Below are positions 1-9,835 of a DNA stretch of 64,000 nucleotides, piece by piece (within the stretch, counting starts at the first letter, position 1; every line of letters begins with the position of its first letter). Source of the stretch: an archaeon. GTDB taxonomy: Archaea > SpSt-1190 > DYHY01. Below the pieces are notes generated by a model that saw nothing but the letters and a program-made list of their open reading frames with translations, did not search any database and was not told the DNA's origin. Both the position numbers and the translations under genes were made by a program. The stretch is from positions 8,013 through 72,012 of the forward strand of contig JBBIPP010000008.1 of NCBI GenBank assembly GCA_037442745.1, given 5' to 3'.

Positions 1-332
1 TGCATCCGATTATTATCCTTGTTATCTTTTTTATTACTTGTTGATGATAAACAAATAAAGGGCCAAAACAGGGAAAAATCCCCCTATTTCTCCCAGACAA
101 GTTCCCAAATAACCCCCTCTTCTTGTTCGCGAAAACCGATTTATCCCCCTTGCCTGACGGGACATATACCGCATGCGGATGCGGATTCTGCGGATGCGCA
201 AAGAATTCTCCGGCAAAGTGCATCACAACGGCCGAACTTACTTGACGGGAGAATTCTCTAGGATACTCTCCTTTCGAAAAGTCTTTCCTGTAAACTGATC
301 GGCTTCTCTATCGGGGCTGCTTATCGGGTCTG

Positions 333-1115
333 CTAGATTTGCCCTAGAAAAGCCAGAGCAAGAACGAGGGCTCCCGTAAAAATCCGGTACCAGCCAAAGG
401 GCGCAAGGCCCTCCTTTCGACAAAACCAATTAACAAATTTATCGAAATGAGGGAGAAGACAAAACTGGAGACTAGGCCTGCCAAAATGACCGGAAAATTT
501 CCGGCTAAAAATATTCCTGATGAAATCCCCGAAATCAGTTCATTGCCTGTCGCAACCCCGAGAGTCGGAATTGAGAGAAGGAAGGAATATTTCACTGCTT
601 CCTTTTTGTCTAGCCCGAGGAGGACTCCACCAGCAATTGTTGCCCCTGATCTTGAGACTCACGGAACGAGGGCAAGGGCCCGGAAAAGCCCTATTTTCAG
701 AGCTTCGGGAAAGCCAATAGCTTTCCGCCCACGTCTTTTTGGATTTCCGAGAAATAGAAGGACGAGACCCCCAAGAATCAGGGAAACGCCGACAACCACT
801 GCCGAGAAAAAAGGCTCTTTATAATGTCCCTAAGGAAAAACCCCAAAATCCCCGCAGGAAGGAAAGACACGAGAAGAAGGGGTAATTTTCTCCTTTCAAA
901 AGCCCCGCGTCCGTAAAAACGAGAACTGCAAGAACTGCAAGAACTGCACCAAACTGTACTGCAATTGAGAATGAATCCCGGAAAGCCTTCCCTCCGGAGA
1001 GCCCTAGGAATTTCGACGCAACAAGCAAATGGCCAGTTGAGGAAACCGGAAGGAATTCAGTCATTCCTTCGACAAAACCGAGAAGGACTGCCTTTACGAG
1101 TTCAGCAAGCATCAT
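333..1115 (-). pseudogene. uppP: Undecaprenyl-diphosphatase (UppP/BacA) pseudogene
   Basis: Motifs EGMTEFLPVSSTGH, P*VSRSGATI (TGA at 659-661), YSFLLSIP and PFGWYRI lie in different frames, implying about 3 frameshifts and 1 nonsense codon. Confidence 0.85.
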
Positions 1116-1202
1116 AAGCCCGCCCGCATTTCTGCTTTAAACAATTGCCCGAAATAGGTAAAGAAAAGAAACCTCTTTAAGCGAACACTGCGCCAAAACC
1201 GG

Positions 1203-1733
1203 ATGCCCGAGAGAGACATTGTCTCTGAACTCTCAATCATTCATCCCGGACAAATCCTCTTCGTTGTCTCGAAGAATTATCCGGAAGAAGCTTTCCTCGG
1301 AGCGACAAAATTCCTGACAGAGTCAAAGAATTCCTTTGCAATAATACTCTCAATGAAAAAGGACTGGCCGGAGCTTGCAAGGGCGCTTTCGGACAACAAC
1401 ATCCAAATAAAGAACTTTGCAATAATTGATGCCACCGGAAGGACGAGAACGCCCCGGGGAAGGGGAAATATTGTGTCGGTCAGGGGACCGGAGAAGCTCG
1501 CAACAATAGCACTTTCGCTCACCGGAGCGGTCAGGTCTTCCTCAAACAAAGAGATAATTGTCGTAATTGACTCGGCAACCGAGATTTTCCTCCATTCAGA
1601 CCCCGACCTTTTCAATGAATTCTCAAAGCATTTCTCCTTCCTCGTTAAATCGAGCGGAGGGAAGGGCCTCGTTTTCTCGGCCGAGCCCCATAAAGAGTTC
1701 CTTGAAATTTCCGAGAGGACGGTATATATCTGA
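1203..1733 (+). CDS. Hypothetical protein, degenerate RecA/KaiC-like (DUF835-like) domain
   Basis: 176-aa ORF with IIDA and IVVIDS strands and no intact Walker A; TTTAAG box upstream. Confidence 0.55.
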   Translation: MPERDIVSELSIIHPGQILFVVSKNYPEEAFLGATKFLTESKNSFAIILSMKKDWPELARALSDNNIQIKNFAIIDATGRTRTPRGRGNIVSVRGPEKLATIALSLTGAVRSSSNKEIIVVIDSATEIFLHSDPDLFNEFSKHFSFLVKSSGGKGLVFSAEPHKEFLEISERTVYI

Positions 1734-1735
1734 AA

Positions 1736-2170
1736 ATGGCAAAAACAAAGAAAAAGACGCTCGCTTTCGGTGTTTTCGACGGGATACACGCTGGCCATAT
1801 CTATTACCTGAAAAAGGCAAAGGCGCTGTCCGGCTTCCTGATTGTCGCAGTTGCTAGGGACGCCCCCCTCTGGAAAATTGAAAAGAGCCACAACTTGTCC
1901 CAAGAAGAGAGGGTTGATGTTGTAGAGTCTCTCGGAATTGTCGACAAGGTGGTTTTGGGCGGAAAGGATGACTCGCTCGAACTTGTAACGAAGCTCAAGC
2001 CAGATTACATTGCCCTGACGAAATACAGCCCAATAAGGGCTTCTTTCCTCTCAAAATACCTGAAGAAAGCTGGGCTTGAATGCAGGGTTGTCGAAATCCC
2101 GCCCTACAAGCCCAAAATCTATGATTCTTTCTTCCCAAGAGTCCGGGGAAGGGAAGATTCCCAAAAGTAG
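1736..2170 (+). CDS. ribL: Cytidylyltransferase family protein, archaeal FAD synthetase-like
   Basis: GVFDGIHAGH (HxGH), LIVAVARD, QEER...ESL..VD and KPDYIAL motifs. Confidence 0.8.
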   Translation: MAKTKKKTLAFGVFDGIHAGHIYYLKKAKALSGFLIVAVARDAPLWKIEKSHNLSQEERVDVVESLGIVDKVVLGGKDDSLELVTKLKPDYIALTKYSPIRASFLSKYLKKAGLECRVVEIPPYKPKIYDSFFPRVRGREDSQK

Positions 2171-3867
2171 AATTCCCCGACGTTCGGATGCGAATAGTTG
2201 AACGGGGAGTGGCCTTTGGATGCGCATTCTGAAATAAAGTTCCGAGCAAGTTCTTCATAAGGCGTTTTCACACTCCCGAAATAATTCTTTTGCCGGGTAA
2301 TTACAATTACAGAGTCCGGGGGGCATTGTTCATCCGAAAAATTTCCAGAAAAAACAGCCCCCTTTTCCGGGAAGAGATAGGAAGCAATCCCTCCCTCTAC
2401 GCAGGAAGTGACAAACATCCTCCCCGGACCCGAATCAATTTCCGGCAGGGGATACTGGTTTTTCTTCAGCAATATTAGCTTGGACGAGATGTTGTTATAG
2501 TTAATTAACAGCAGAAGAAAAAGCACTACCGGAAGAATCCGCCCGAACTTTTCCGGAACCAAAGCAACAGGCCCGGCCAAAAGGACGAGAAATACTGGTG
2601 CTATTGCCGAGAGCTGGCGGGGATTGAAATAAGACGAGTAGGATATTGTCGAAAGGGAAACGAAAAGGAAGGAGACCAGGATAACGAACGCGTGCTTTTT
2701 CAGATTGACCTTGCTATGCCTGAAAAGGAAAGGCAGGATTACTGCTAGACTGAAAATAGCCAATTCTTTCTCCCCGAACACCCCCCCGAACGGGACGAGC
2801 GTATCAACAATCTGCTCCGCCCTTATCCTGACTGCATTCGAGAGAAAGCCCAAATCCAACGCGTTCTTCCAGACGGCAACGAAAGCAGATCTGCTCGGAA
2901 AACCCATAAGAAAATTGTAATAGATGAAAGGGAACGCTCCAAGAAGGAAAAGGGCGAGACGGATTAGCAACCCTTTCATTCCGAGCCTTGGCAGGGAGCT
3001 TTTCCCGAAAACCGGCAGGGCGAGCGCAACTGCCGAAAGAAAAGTCAGGAAAAAGAGCTTGTTAAAAAAGCCAATTCCGGAGACTAGCCAGAAGAGGGGG
3101 TGGGAGAGAGCACCCCCCGGAGATTTTCTTGACAATATAAGGAAAAGGGCAATTAGGGAGAGGACTGCCTGCATCCCTGTCTCCTGGTCGGATATTTTCA
3201 CCAGTGGAAAGTAGTTTGCAAGGAAAAGCGAGCCTGTCGCAAGGAAAAGCGCTGGGCCCTTCCCATAAATTTCCCTAGAGCAGAGATATATCAGGAAAAT
3301 CCCGACTGTTGAGAGGACGCCTCCCGAGAGCGCGAGGGAAAAGGCGGAATTCCCGAAAACAACAGAGAAAAGACCGGCATAAGACGGGAAAAAAGAACCC
3401 CCTAGTGCGTAATTCCCCCCAAGATTTTTCACAAAACATCCAAGAGGCTCCCTGAAAAAGAGGCCGATTTTCCAGAAAAGCTCGGGATCGAACGCTTTCG
3501 AGAGAGTGAGAGCAGTTGCAAGCAGGAGGCCGGCAAGAAGGGAGGGTGCGAGCAACAGTTTTCCGGCCAAGTTGCCAAGCTTTCTGAAAATCTGCCAGAA
3601 AAAATCAATTGCCCGGACGGAACTGCGCAGGAACCCCTCCACAAACCAAGACCGAAAAATAAAGAATAATGCCAGAATTGCCAAAGCGATGCCAATTTTC
3701 CCAAAGAAAGCTCTCTCGAAATAGTTGAGAAAAACGCTCTCCAAAACCGCAAGCGAGACAAGTCCAGAAATTGCGAAAAAGGCGAATAGCCAGATGAAGT
3801 GCCCATTCAGCGAATTTCCGACCATTTTCCCCCTTCTCGCTCCGCAACTGATTTTAACAATTCCCAA
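2119..3867 (-). CDS. Polytopic membrane glycosyltransferase (GT-C, ArnT/PMT-like)
   Basis: Many TM segments, FSVVFGNS and SGIGFFNK motifs, NPRQL near the C-terminal TM; start may be ATG 3825. Confidence 0.6.
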   Translation of the reverse strand: MGIVKISCGARRGKMVGNSLNGHFIWLFAFFAISGLVSLAVLESVFLNYFERAFFGKIGIALAILALFFIFRSWFVEGFLRSSVRAIDFFWQIFRKLGNLAGKLLLAPSLLAGLLLATALTLSKAFDPELFWKIGLFFREPLGCFVKNLGGNYALGGSFFPSYAGLFSVVFGNSAFSLALSGGVLSTVGIFLIYLCSREIYGKGPALFLATGSLFLANYFPLVKISDQETGMQAVLSLIALFLILSRKSPGGALSHPLFWLVSGIGFFNKLFFLTFLSAVALALPVFGKSSLPRLGMKGLLIRLALFLLGAFPFIYYNFLMGFPSRSAFVAVWKNALDLGFLSNAVRIRAEQIVDTLVPFGGVFGEKELAIFSLAVILPFLFRHSKVNLKKHAFVILVSFLFVSLSTISYSSYFNPRQLSAIAPVFLVLLAGPVALVPEKFGRILPVVLFLLLLINYNNISSKLILLKKNQYPLPEIDSGPGRMFVTSCVEGGIASYLFPEKGAVFSGNFSDEQCPPDSVIVITRQKNYFGSVKTPYEELARNFISECASKGHSPFNYSHPNVGEFYFWESSLPRTLGKKES

Positions 3868-3873
3868 AACAAT

Positions 3874-5286
3874 TCATTTCCCGGATAGAAGCGCGATTCC
3901 AGCCCTGAGAGAATATGCCAGTTCCCCAATGCTCCTTGTCCTGAAAAGCCTCCCGAAAACATAAGACAGCCTGAAATAGAATTTCTTGTAGAGGCGGTCT
4001 CTCTCTTCAGATATCTCGTCCGCCGAAAGAACGCCGTTAGAATATGCCGACGGGTCGGACAGGTAGAATCCCATTGAGGAGAAATTAACTTTCCGCCCGT
4101 CCCTGAAAGACCCGTTCTTTGAAACAAGTTTCGGATATATCGGGGACCCGGGCATTGGAACGAACGAGGAAATGTGGGCAAGGTCAGGGTCGCAGTCCAG
4201 AAGAAGCCTTTCCGTCTCCTTTATTTCCTCCCTTGTTTCGGTCGGATAGCCGACAATAACATATGCTTGGGTCACAATCCCCGCCCTTTTCACTTCCTTG
4301 AATGCCCCGACGATTTTTTCTGGAGAAAGCCCCTTTTTCATAAGGCCAAGTATTCTCCTGCTTCCCGACTCGAGGCCAATACAGATTTTCGAGCATCCGG
4401 CTTTCAGGAGAAGGCCGACCGCCCGTTTGTCGAGGAGATCCGCCCGCCTGTTGCAGGCGAAGGAAATCCTCCTAGCAAGGCCCCTTTTCACCATTCCCCT
4501 CGAGAATTCAGTGAGCCACTTTTCCGAGAATCCGAAAATATCGTCCTCAATCTGGACGTGGCTGTATCCGGCAACAGCACAACTCTCAATCTCATCAAGA
4601 GCGCTCTCAACGCTTCTCGCCCGCCATCTGTGCCCGAGAACTCCCGGAGAAGAGCAGAATTCGCAGGAATAAGGACACCCCCTTGAAAATATTACATATG
4701 CAGTCTTCTCGGGAATCCCTGCCGGGAAGGCCCGGTCGTATTTTCGGAATTCCGGACGGCTTCTGTCGGGAAAGCCAAAAGAGTCCAAGTCAGTTGAGAG
4801 AATTCCCGCCCTGAATTCAGAATATCCCTTGGACAGGATTCCCGGAATTCCGGAAAAATCCCGCCTTCCCTTGGAGCAAGCCTTGGCCGCTTCAAGGAAT
4901 GCGAGTTCGCCCTCACCCACAACAACACCCCCGCACCCGAGAGCCTTTAGGCTCTCCTTTGGGAAAGCGGTTGGATGGGAGCCTCCAACAATTGAGGGTA
5001 TTTTGAACCTTTCCGCAAGGGAGCAGACTTTCTTTGCCCAATCAACCGATATTGTCGAGCAAGTCACCCCAACAAGAACTGGCCCTCTTTTCATTTCCAA
5101 GGAAAGCTCCCTTTCCCAGTCGGGGGAAGTTTCGCAGTCGAACACTCTCGCCGAAAAGCCACTCCGTTCGAGAAATTCCGAGAGATAAAAAAGGTTTACC
5201 GGCGGTATCGGGACGCTCACTGACTTGAACTTTTCGAACCATTTGGACGGTGGCCTCACAAGAAGAACGCTCCCTTTCTTCGACAT
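3874..5286 (-). CDS. Cobalamin-binding radical SAM protein
   Basis: N-terminal B12-binding region (PPVNLFYL, VGGSHPT, GEGE), SRGCPYSCEFC, GLESGS; TATA-like box about 25 nt upstream of ATG 5286. Confidence 0.9.
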   Translation of the reverse strand: MSKKGSVLLVRPPSKWFEKFKSVSVPIPPVNLFYLSEFLERSGFSARVFDCETSPDWERELSLEMKRGPVLVGVTCSTISVDWAKKVCSLAERFKIPSIVGGSHPTAFPKESLKALGCGGVVVGEGELAFLEAAKACSKGRRDFSGIPGILSKGYSEFRAGILSTDLDSFGFPDRSRPEFRKYDRAFPAGIPEKTAYVIFSRGCPYSCEFCSSPGVLGHRWRARSVESALDEIESCAVAGYSHVQIEDDIFGFSEKWLTEFSRGMVKRGLARRISFACNRRADLLDKRAVGLLLKAGCSKICIGLESGSRRILGLMKKGLSPEKIVGAFKEVKRAGIVTQAYVIVGYPTETREEIKETERLLLDCDPDLAHISSFVPMPGSPIYPKLVSKNGSFRDGRKVNFSSMGFYLSDPSAYSNGVLSADEISEERDRLYKKFYFRLSYVFGRLFRTRSIGELAYSLRAGIALLSGK

Positions 5287-5354
5287 TCTTTCTGCAAGCC
5301 CCGCTACCCGATTATATATCAAACCTTGACAATGGATTTCGTGGAGTCCAAAGC

Positions 5355-6746
5355 TTATCCAAAAGCGGTTGAGAGCCCGGCAAGAAATATGCGATAAAGC
5401 CCCCCAAGCGACCGCGCATTGGAGAGAGTTCTCAGGGCGAACGACGGCCGAAGGGAGTATCTGCGATATAGGGAATTCCTGAATTCAACGAGTTTTTCCG
5501 CCGAGAGGGAGTTCTGGCGCTGGGCCGAGCAGGTGAAGAACCCCGCAGGAATTGCCAAAGGCCCGATTAGGCCCGCCTGCGCGAACTTTTTGTGCTCTTC
5601 CGTTCCGGGAAAAGGCGAGAGGAGGGTTATTACCGGAACGTCCGGGGAAATTTCAAATAGGAGCTTTTCCGTCTCCCGGAGAGTCTCGAGAGTTTCCCCG
5701 AAGAATCCCAATACGAAGAAAGCCTCCGTCAATAGACCTTCCTTCCTTGCTTCGTAAAACGCCCACCGGATTCTCCCAACGCTCTCGCCCTTCCGGACGC
5801 TTTTCAGGATTCTTTCGCTTCCCGATTCGACTCCCATGCACACCTTCCTTGCTCCGGCACTCCTTGCAAGGCGGAATTTCCCCCGGCTTGTCAGGTCCGC
5901 CCTTGTTGAATAGTCCCAGGTGATTTTCTTCGAATACCCCTTTCCAATCATTCCCTTGCAAAAATCCCTGAACCATTTTTCCGAGAATCCGAAAACGTCG
6001 TCATCGAACTGGATGTGGCAATATCCAGCCCGTATGCAGTTTCCGACCTCGTCAAGAACGCTCTCAACGCTTCTCGCCCTCCAGGCTTTTCCATGGATTA
6101 CTGTTGATATGCAGAATGTGCAGCTGTAAGGACAGCCCCTTGACGCTGTTATGAAAGCAGTGCTTTCCCATATTCCTGCAGACGCACAGGAATCGTATTT
6201 CCTGAATTCCGGAAGGGTTCTATCTGGGAATCCAAAGGAATCAAGAGCCTCCGCTCCCGGCAGGTTTCCTTTTGTTCTTCCGGAAAACACCCTGTTTCCC
6301 CTCCTTTCAGAAGCGCTGTCATTTTTCGGCAAGCGACCCGTCCTCAATATTTTTTCAAGGGCGAACTCCCCCTCGTTTAGGACAAGAAAGTCCGCGCCAA
6401 GCTCAAGGAGAAGTGAGCTTCCCCTAATTGTCGCATTGGCCCCGCCAAGAACCGTTTTTGCCCCGTATTTTCCGGCAAGGCGGACAATTTCCCGGGAATT
6501 TTCAATGGAAAAGCTCCCGGCAGACAGGCCAACGAACCTAGGCTTCAGGCGAACAAGTTTTTCAGAGAAAATTTCCCCGGAATATTCCGAGAATTCATAA
6601 TCAACAACTTGCGCTGAAAATCCCCTAGATTCCAAGAAAGATTTGAGATAAAAGAGGTTCATTGGAGGCTGTTTCCAAATTGAAGAGAAAGCCCCTGAGA
6701 GCCCATTGTCCGATTCCGGCCTGACAAGGAGGATGTCCAAGCCCAT
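5355..6746 (-). CDS. Cobalamin-binding radical SAM protein (tandem paralog)
   Basis: PPMNLFYL, SRGCPYSCTFC, GVESGS; clearly similar to the neighbouring gene. Confidence 0.9.
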   Translation of the reverse strand: MGLDILLVRPESDNGLSGAFSSIWKQPPMNLFYLKSFLESRGFSAQVVDYEFSEYSGEIFSEKLVRLKPRFVGLSAGSFSIENSREIVRLAGKYGAKTVLGGANATIRGSSLLLELGADFLVLNEGEFALEKILRTGRLPKNDSASERRGNRVFSGRTKGNLPGAEALDSFGFPDRTLPEFRKYDSCASAGIWESTAFITASRGCPYSCTFCISTVIHGKAWRARSVESVLDEVGNCIRAGYCHIQFDDDVFGFSEKWFRDFCKGMIGKGYSKKITWDYSTRADLTSRGKFRLARSAGARKVCMGVESGSERILKSVRKGESVGRIRWAFYEARKEGLLTEAFFVLGFFGETLETLRETEKLLFEISPDVPVITLLSPFPGTEEHKKFAQAGLIGPLAIPAGFFTCSAQRQNSLSAEKLVEFRNSLYRRYSLRPSFALRTLSNARSLGGLYRIFLAGLSTAFG

Positions 6747-6833
6747 GCTGGTTCGGGATCCGTCCGCGGTTTTATTCTTTTCCGATTGCCGGAAGAAGTA
6801 CATTTTTTAAACCTACCAGGAAATCGTTGATGG

Positions 6834-7550
6834 ATGCCTTCATTTTCATCCTCCCCCAAAATGGCGAACTTGAGAGTTCTCAGAACAAGGAAAGAGAGCC
6901 CGACTTGCAAGTCAATTTACTTCAGAAAGCCCGCTGGCTTTTCCTTCCTCCCGGGACAGTTCATCAATATCCATCTGGAAATTAACGGAAAGACGGAGAT
7001 TCGCTCATATACAATTTCAAGCGCTCCGGAAGAAAAATACCTGAGAGTAACTTTTCGGGTAAAAGGAGATTTCACAAAAGCGCTCTTTCGGACAAGGAAG
7101 GGGGTGAAGATTCGCGCAATTGGGCCTCTCGGCAGGTTCATTTTCGACAGGAGAAGATTCAAAAAAAAATCAGTTGTTTTCATTGCAGGGGGAATAGGAA
7201 TTGCCGGATTTTCCTCCGCTCTTCGGACAATTGAGAAAAAAGGGGGGCTGAACAGCTCACTTCTCCTCTATAGCGAGAGGGACGGTGAGGATTTTCCCCT
7301 TGAAAGGGAGCTTTTATCCCTCAGGAGGACTAGGACTGTCCTAACATTCACGAAAAGCCCGCCCAGAGGATGGAGAGGGATGGTAGGAAGAATTGACAGG
7401 AAAGCTCTCTCCAATTCCCTCGGAAAGAAGGAAATTTCCAAAGCAGTCTTTTTCGTCTGCGGTTCCGATTCCTTCGTTACCAACATCAGAAAATGCCTCC
7501 TTCTGTTGGGAGTGGGAAAAAAGCGGATAGTTTCCGAAGGTTTCGGCTGA
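6834..7550 (+). CDS. FAD/NAD(P)-binding oxidoreductase (FNR-like)
   Basis: FLPGQF, RSYTISS, GPLGRF, FIAGGIGI, FFVCG and EGFG motifs. Confidence 0.9.
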   Translation: MPSFSSSPKMANLRVLRTRKESPTCKSIYFRKPAGFSFLPGQFINIHLEINGKTEIRSYTISSAPEEKYLRVTFRVKGDFTKALFRTRKGVKIRAIGPLGRFIFDRRRFKKKSVVFIAGGIGIAGFSSALRTIEKKGGLNSSLLLYSERDGEDFPLERELLSLRRTRTVLTFTKSPPRGWRGMVGRIDRKALSNSLGKKEISKAVFFVCGSDSFVTNIRKCLLLLGVGKKRIVSEGFG

Positions 7551-7561
7551 GAAAAAAGAGA

Positions 7562-7918
7562 CCGTGAAAGGTCGCGGAACTAGTCCCCCTTGGGAAGGAT
7601 TTCGGCGGATCGGAGCGTTTTCCAATCCCTGTTAATCCGGCCCCCGGCATTCGACTAACGCCCCTCTGTTTCAAGGGTTGCGCCGGCAGTCCATAAAGGA
7701 CACGCGCGGCAAAGGGCAGTTTCACTCCCTCGCGGGCTTCGGCGTTCGGTTTCGACTTCATTACTCTGCCCGGATTGATTCCTTTTCTGTTCCCTTCGCT
7801 CCCCGGTCTCCCGGAGCGGGCTTGTGTCCCGCGCAATTCTTCCGGCGGGGGGAACTTTCTCGCCTCTTTGGCTTTTCAACCTCAGTAGCGGCAGCCGGGA
7901 ATCCGCCTCCTTTCACGG
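7562..7918 (-). ncRNA. rnpB: RNase P RNA
   Basis: P1 CCGTGAAAGG...CCTTTCACGG; P4 GAAAGTTCCCCC pairing with GGGGGACT; P2 CCCGGC/GCCGGG; internal ACAGAAA and TGAAAC motifs. Confidence 0.9.
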
Positions 7919-7954
7919 CAGAAGAATTCCGGGAAACCAATCTTTTAATTCTTG

Positions 7955-9733
7955 CTATTCAAGGACAGCCTTTATTCTCCGGACGCCTTTTGATGAAGCT
8001 TCTTCCTTTACAATCCTGAAATTTCCGAGTTCCCCAGTGCCGGACGCATGGGGGCCTGAACAGATTTCCCTGCTCACCGGATTTGCGGGAGAACCTGCAG
8101 TATATACTGAGACAATTTCCCCGTATTTCTCCCCGAAAATCCCGAGGGCGCCAATCGAGAGAGCCTCTTCAGGGGGCATCTCGCTCTTTGTCACCGGGAG
8201 ATTTTCAGAAATCCAGGAATTGACCTGCCCTTCTACAGCCTTCACCTGCCCGGGCGAGAGCTTTTCATTCCAGGAAAAGTCTAACCGGAGACGCTCCGGG
8301 GTAATGTTACTTCCTCTCTGCTCAACCGAGTTCCCGAGGATTTTCCGGAGGGCTGCGAGAAGAAGGTGCGTTGCAGTGTGGAGCCTGGCAGTGTCAGCAG
8401 AATTGTCGGCAAGCCCAGCCTTGAAGATTCCCGCGCTCGTGGTTCTTGAGAGCTCCTGATGCCTCCTTTCCTCCACCATGAACCCTGCCTTGTCAACAAT
8501 TAGCCCCCGCTCGCCCGCAAGTTCCTCCGTCATCTCAACTGGGAAGCCGTAGGACTGGTAGAGGAGGAAAGCCGTCTTTCCGTTAATAGTCTTGTCAGAG
8601 AGCTCCCTTGCAATTTTCTCAAAGTGCCGGATTCCCTGCTCAAGGGCGGATGAGAACCTCTTCTCCTCAGCAGTTAGCTCGCTCTCAACGAACGCCCTAT
8701 TGTTGTGTATGTGGGAATAGTCCGGATATGTGTCGAAAACGCTTGCCGATATTTCGGTCAGGAAATTCCCGGAAAGGCCGAGCAGTCTCCCGAACCTGAC
8801 AGCCCTTCGGATAAGACGTCTCAGGACATAGCCCCTTTCAACGTTCGAAGGAACGACTTTCTCTGCGAGAATGAAGACCGCTGCCTTTACATGGTCCGCG
8901 ACAATCCGCATTGCCCGCTTGTTCTCGGAATATCTCTTCCCGGAGAGCGCCTCAATTCTCCCAATTATCTTTTCAAAAGAAGAAGTCTCAAAGATGTCAA
9001 TTCCGTTCAGCATTGCAAGAGTCCGCTCAACCCCCATCCCGGTGTCAACATTCTTCTGGGCAAGCTCAGTGAAGACGCCGTCTTCCGACTTGTTGAACTG
9101 CATGAAGACATTGTTCCATATTTCCATCCAGCCGGACCGCTCAGTTGCCGAAGCCGTTTTAGGAGGAGCGCCAGCCCCGACCCAATAGAATATTTCAGTG
9201 TCTGGACCACAGGGGCCGGATTTTCCGGCAGGTCCCCACCAATTGTCCTCCTTTGGGAGGAAGACTATTCTTTCTTTCGGCATTCCCGCAACTTCCCAAA
9301 TTCCCGCCGCTTCCAAATCCTTTGGAGCATCGGAATCCCCCTCAAAGCAGGTTACTGAAAGGGACTCTGGCGGAATTCCCAGACGCTCTGTCAGGAAAGA
9401 ATAGCTCAATTCAATTGCTTCCTTCTTGAAATAGTCGCCGAGGGACCAGTTCCCCAGCATTTCAAAGAATGTCAGGTGAGTCGCGTCCCCGACATTCTCA
9501 ATGTCAGTTGTCCTTATGCATTTCTGGACGTTCACAAGGCGAGTTCCGAGAGGGTGCCTTTCCCCAAGGAGAAAGGGAACAAGTGGATGCATTCCAGCAG
9601 TTGTGAAGAGGACTGTCGGGTCGTTTTGGGGGACAAGGGGCACGTTCTGGCATACTTTGTGAGAGTTGCTCTTGAAGAAATCCAAGTAGAGGTCAATCAA
9701 TTCCTTCCTGTCCTTTATTGCGAGCATTGCCAT
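7955..9733 (-). CDS. alaS: Alanyl-tRNA synthetase (short form, no C-Ala domain)
   Basis: LFTTAGM, HLTFFEMLGNWS, DTGMGVER, HTATH and EICSGPH motifs. Confidence 0.97.
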   Translation of the reverse strand: MAMLAIKDRKELIDLYLDFFKSNSHKVCQNVPLVPQNDPTVLFTTAGMHPLVPFLLGERHPLGTRLVNVQKCIRTTDIENVGDATHLTFFEMLGNWSLGDYFKKEAIELSYSFLTERLGIPPESLSVTCFEGDSDAPKDLEAAGIWEVAGMPKERIVFLPKEDNWWGPAGKSGPCGPDTEIFYWVGAGAPPKTASATERSGWMEIWNNVFMQFNKSEDGVFTELAQKNVDTGMGVERTLAMLNGIDIFETSSFEKIIGRIEALSGKRYSENKRAMRIVADHVKAAVFILAEKVVPSNVERGYVLRRLIRRAVRFGRLLGLSGNFLTEISASVFDTYPDYSHIHNNRAFVESELTAEEKRFSSALEQGIRHFEKIARELSDKTINGKTAFLLYQSYGFPVEMTEELAGERGLIVDKAGFMVEERRHQELSRTTSAGIFKAGLADNSADTARLHTATHLLLAALRKILGNSVEQRGSNITPERLRLDFSWNEKLSPGQVKAVEGQVNSWISENLPVTKSEMPPEEALSIGALGIFGEKYGEIVSVYTAGSPANPVSREICSGPHASGTGELGNFRIVKEEASSKGVRRIKAVLE

Positions 9734-9835
9734 TTCGGAGCCCCAAACTCAACCCGGTTCTTTAAAAATTCAGATGCTGAAAATGCCCGGAAAAATACAC
9801 TTTAAAACCCCACGGCAAAGGTATTTCCCGCACAG

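Noticed and set aside
921-950. 9-bp tandem repeat (AGAACTGCA)
   Set aside because: Simply encodes AVL repeats within the uppP remnant
7955-9733. Short alaS as a pseudogene
   Set aside because: Catalytic and editing motifs are intact; forms lacking C-Ala occur in reduced genomes
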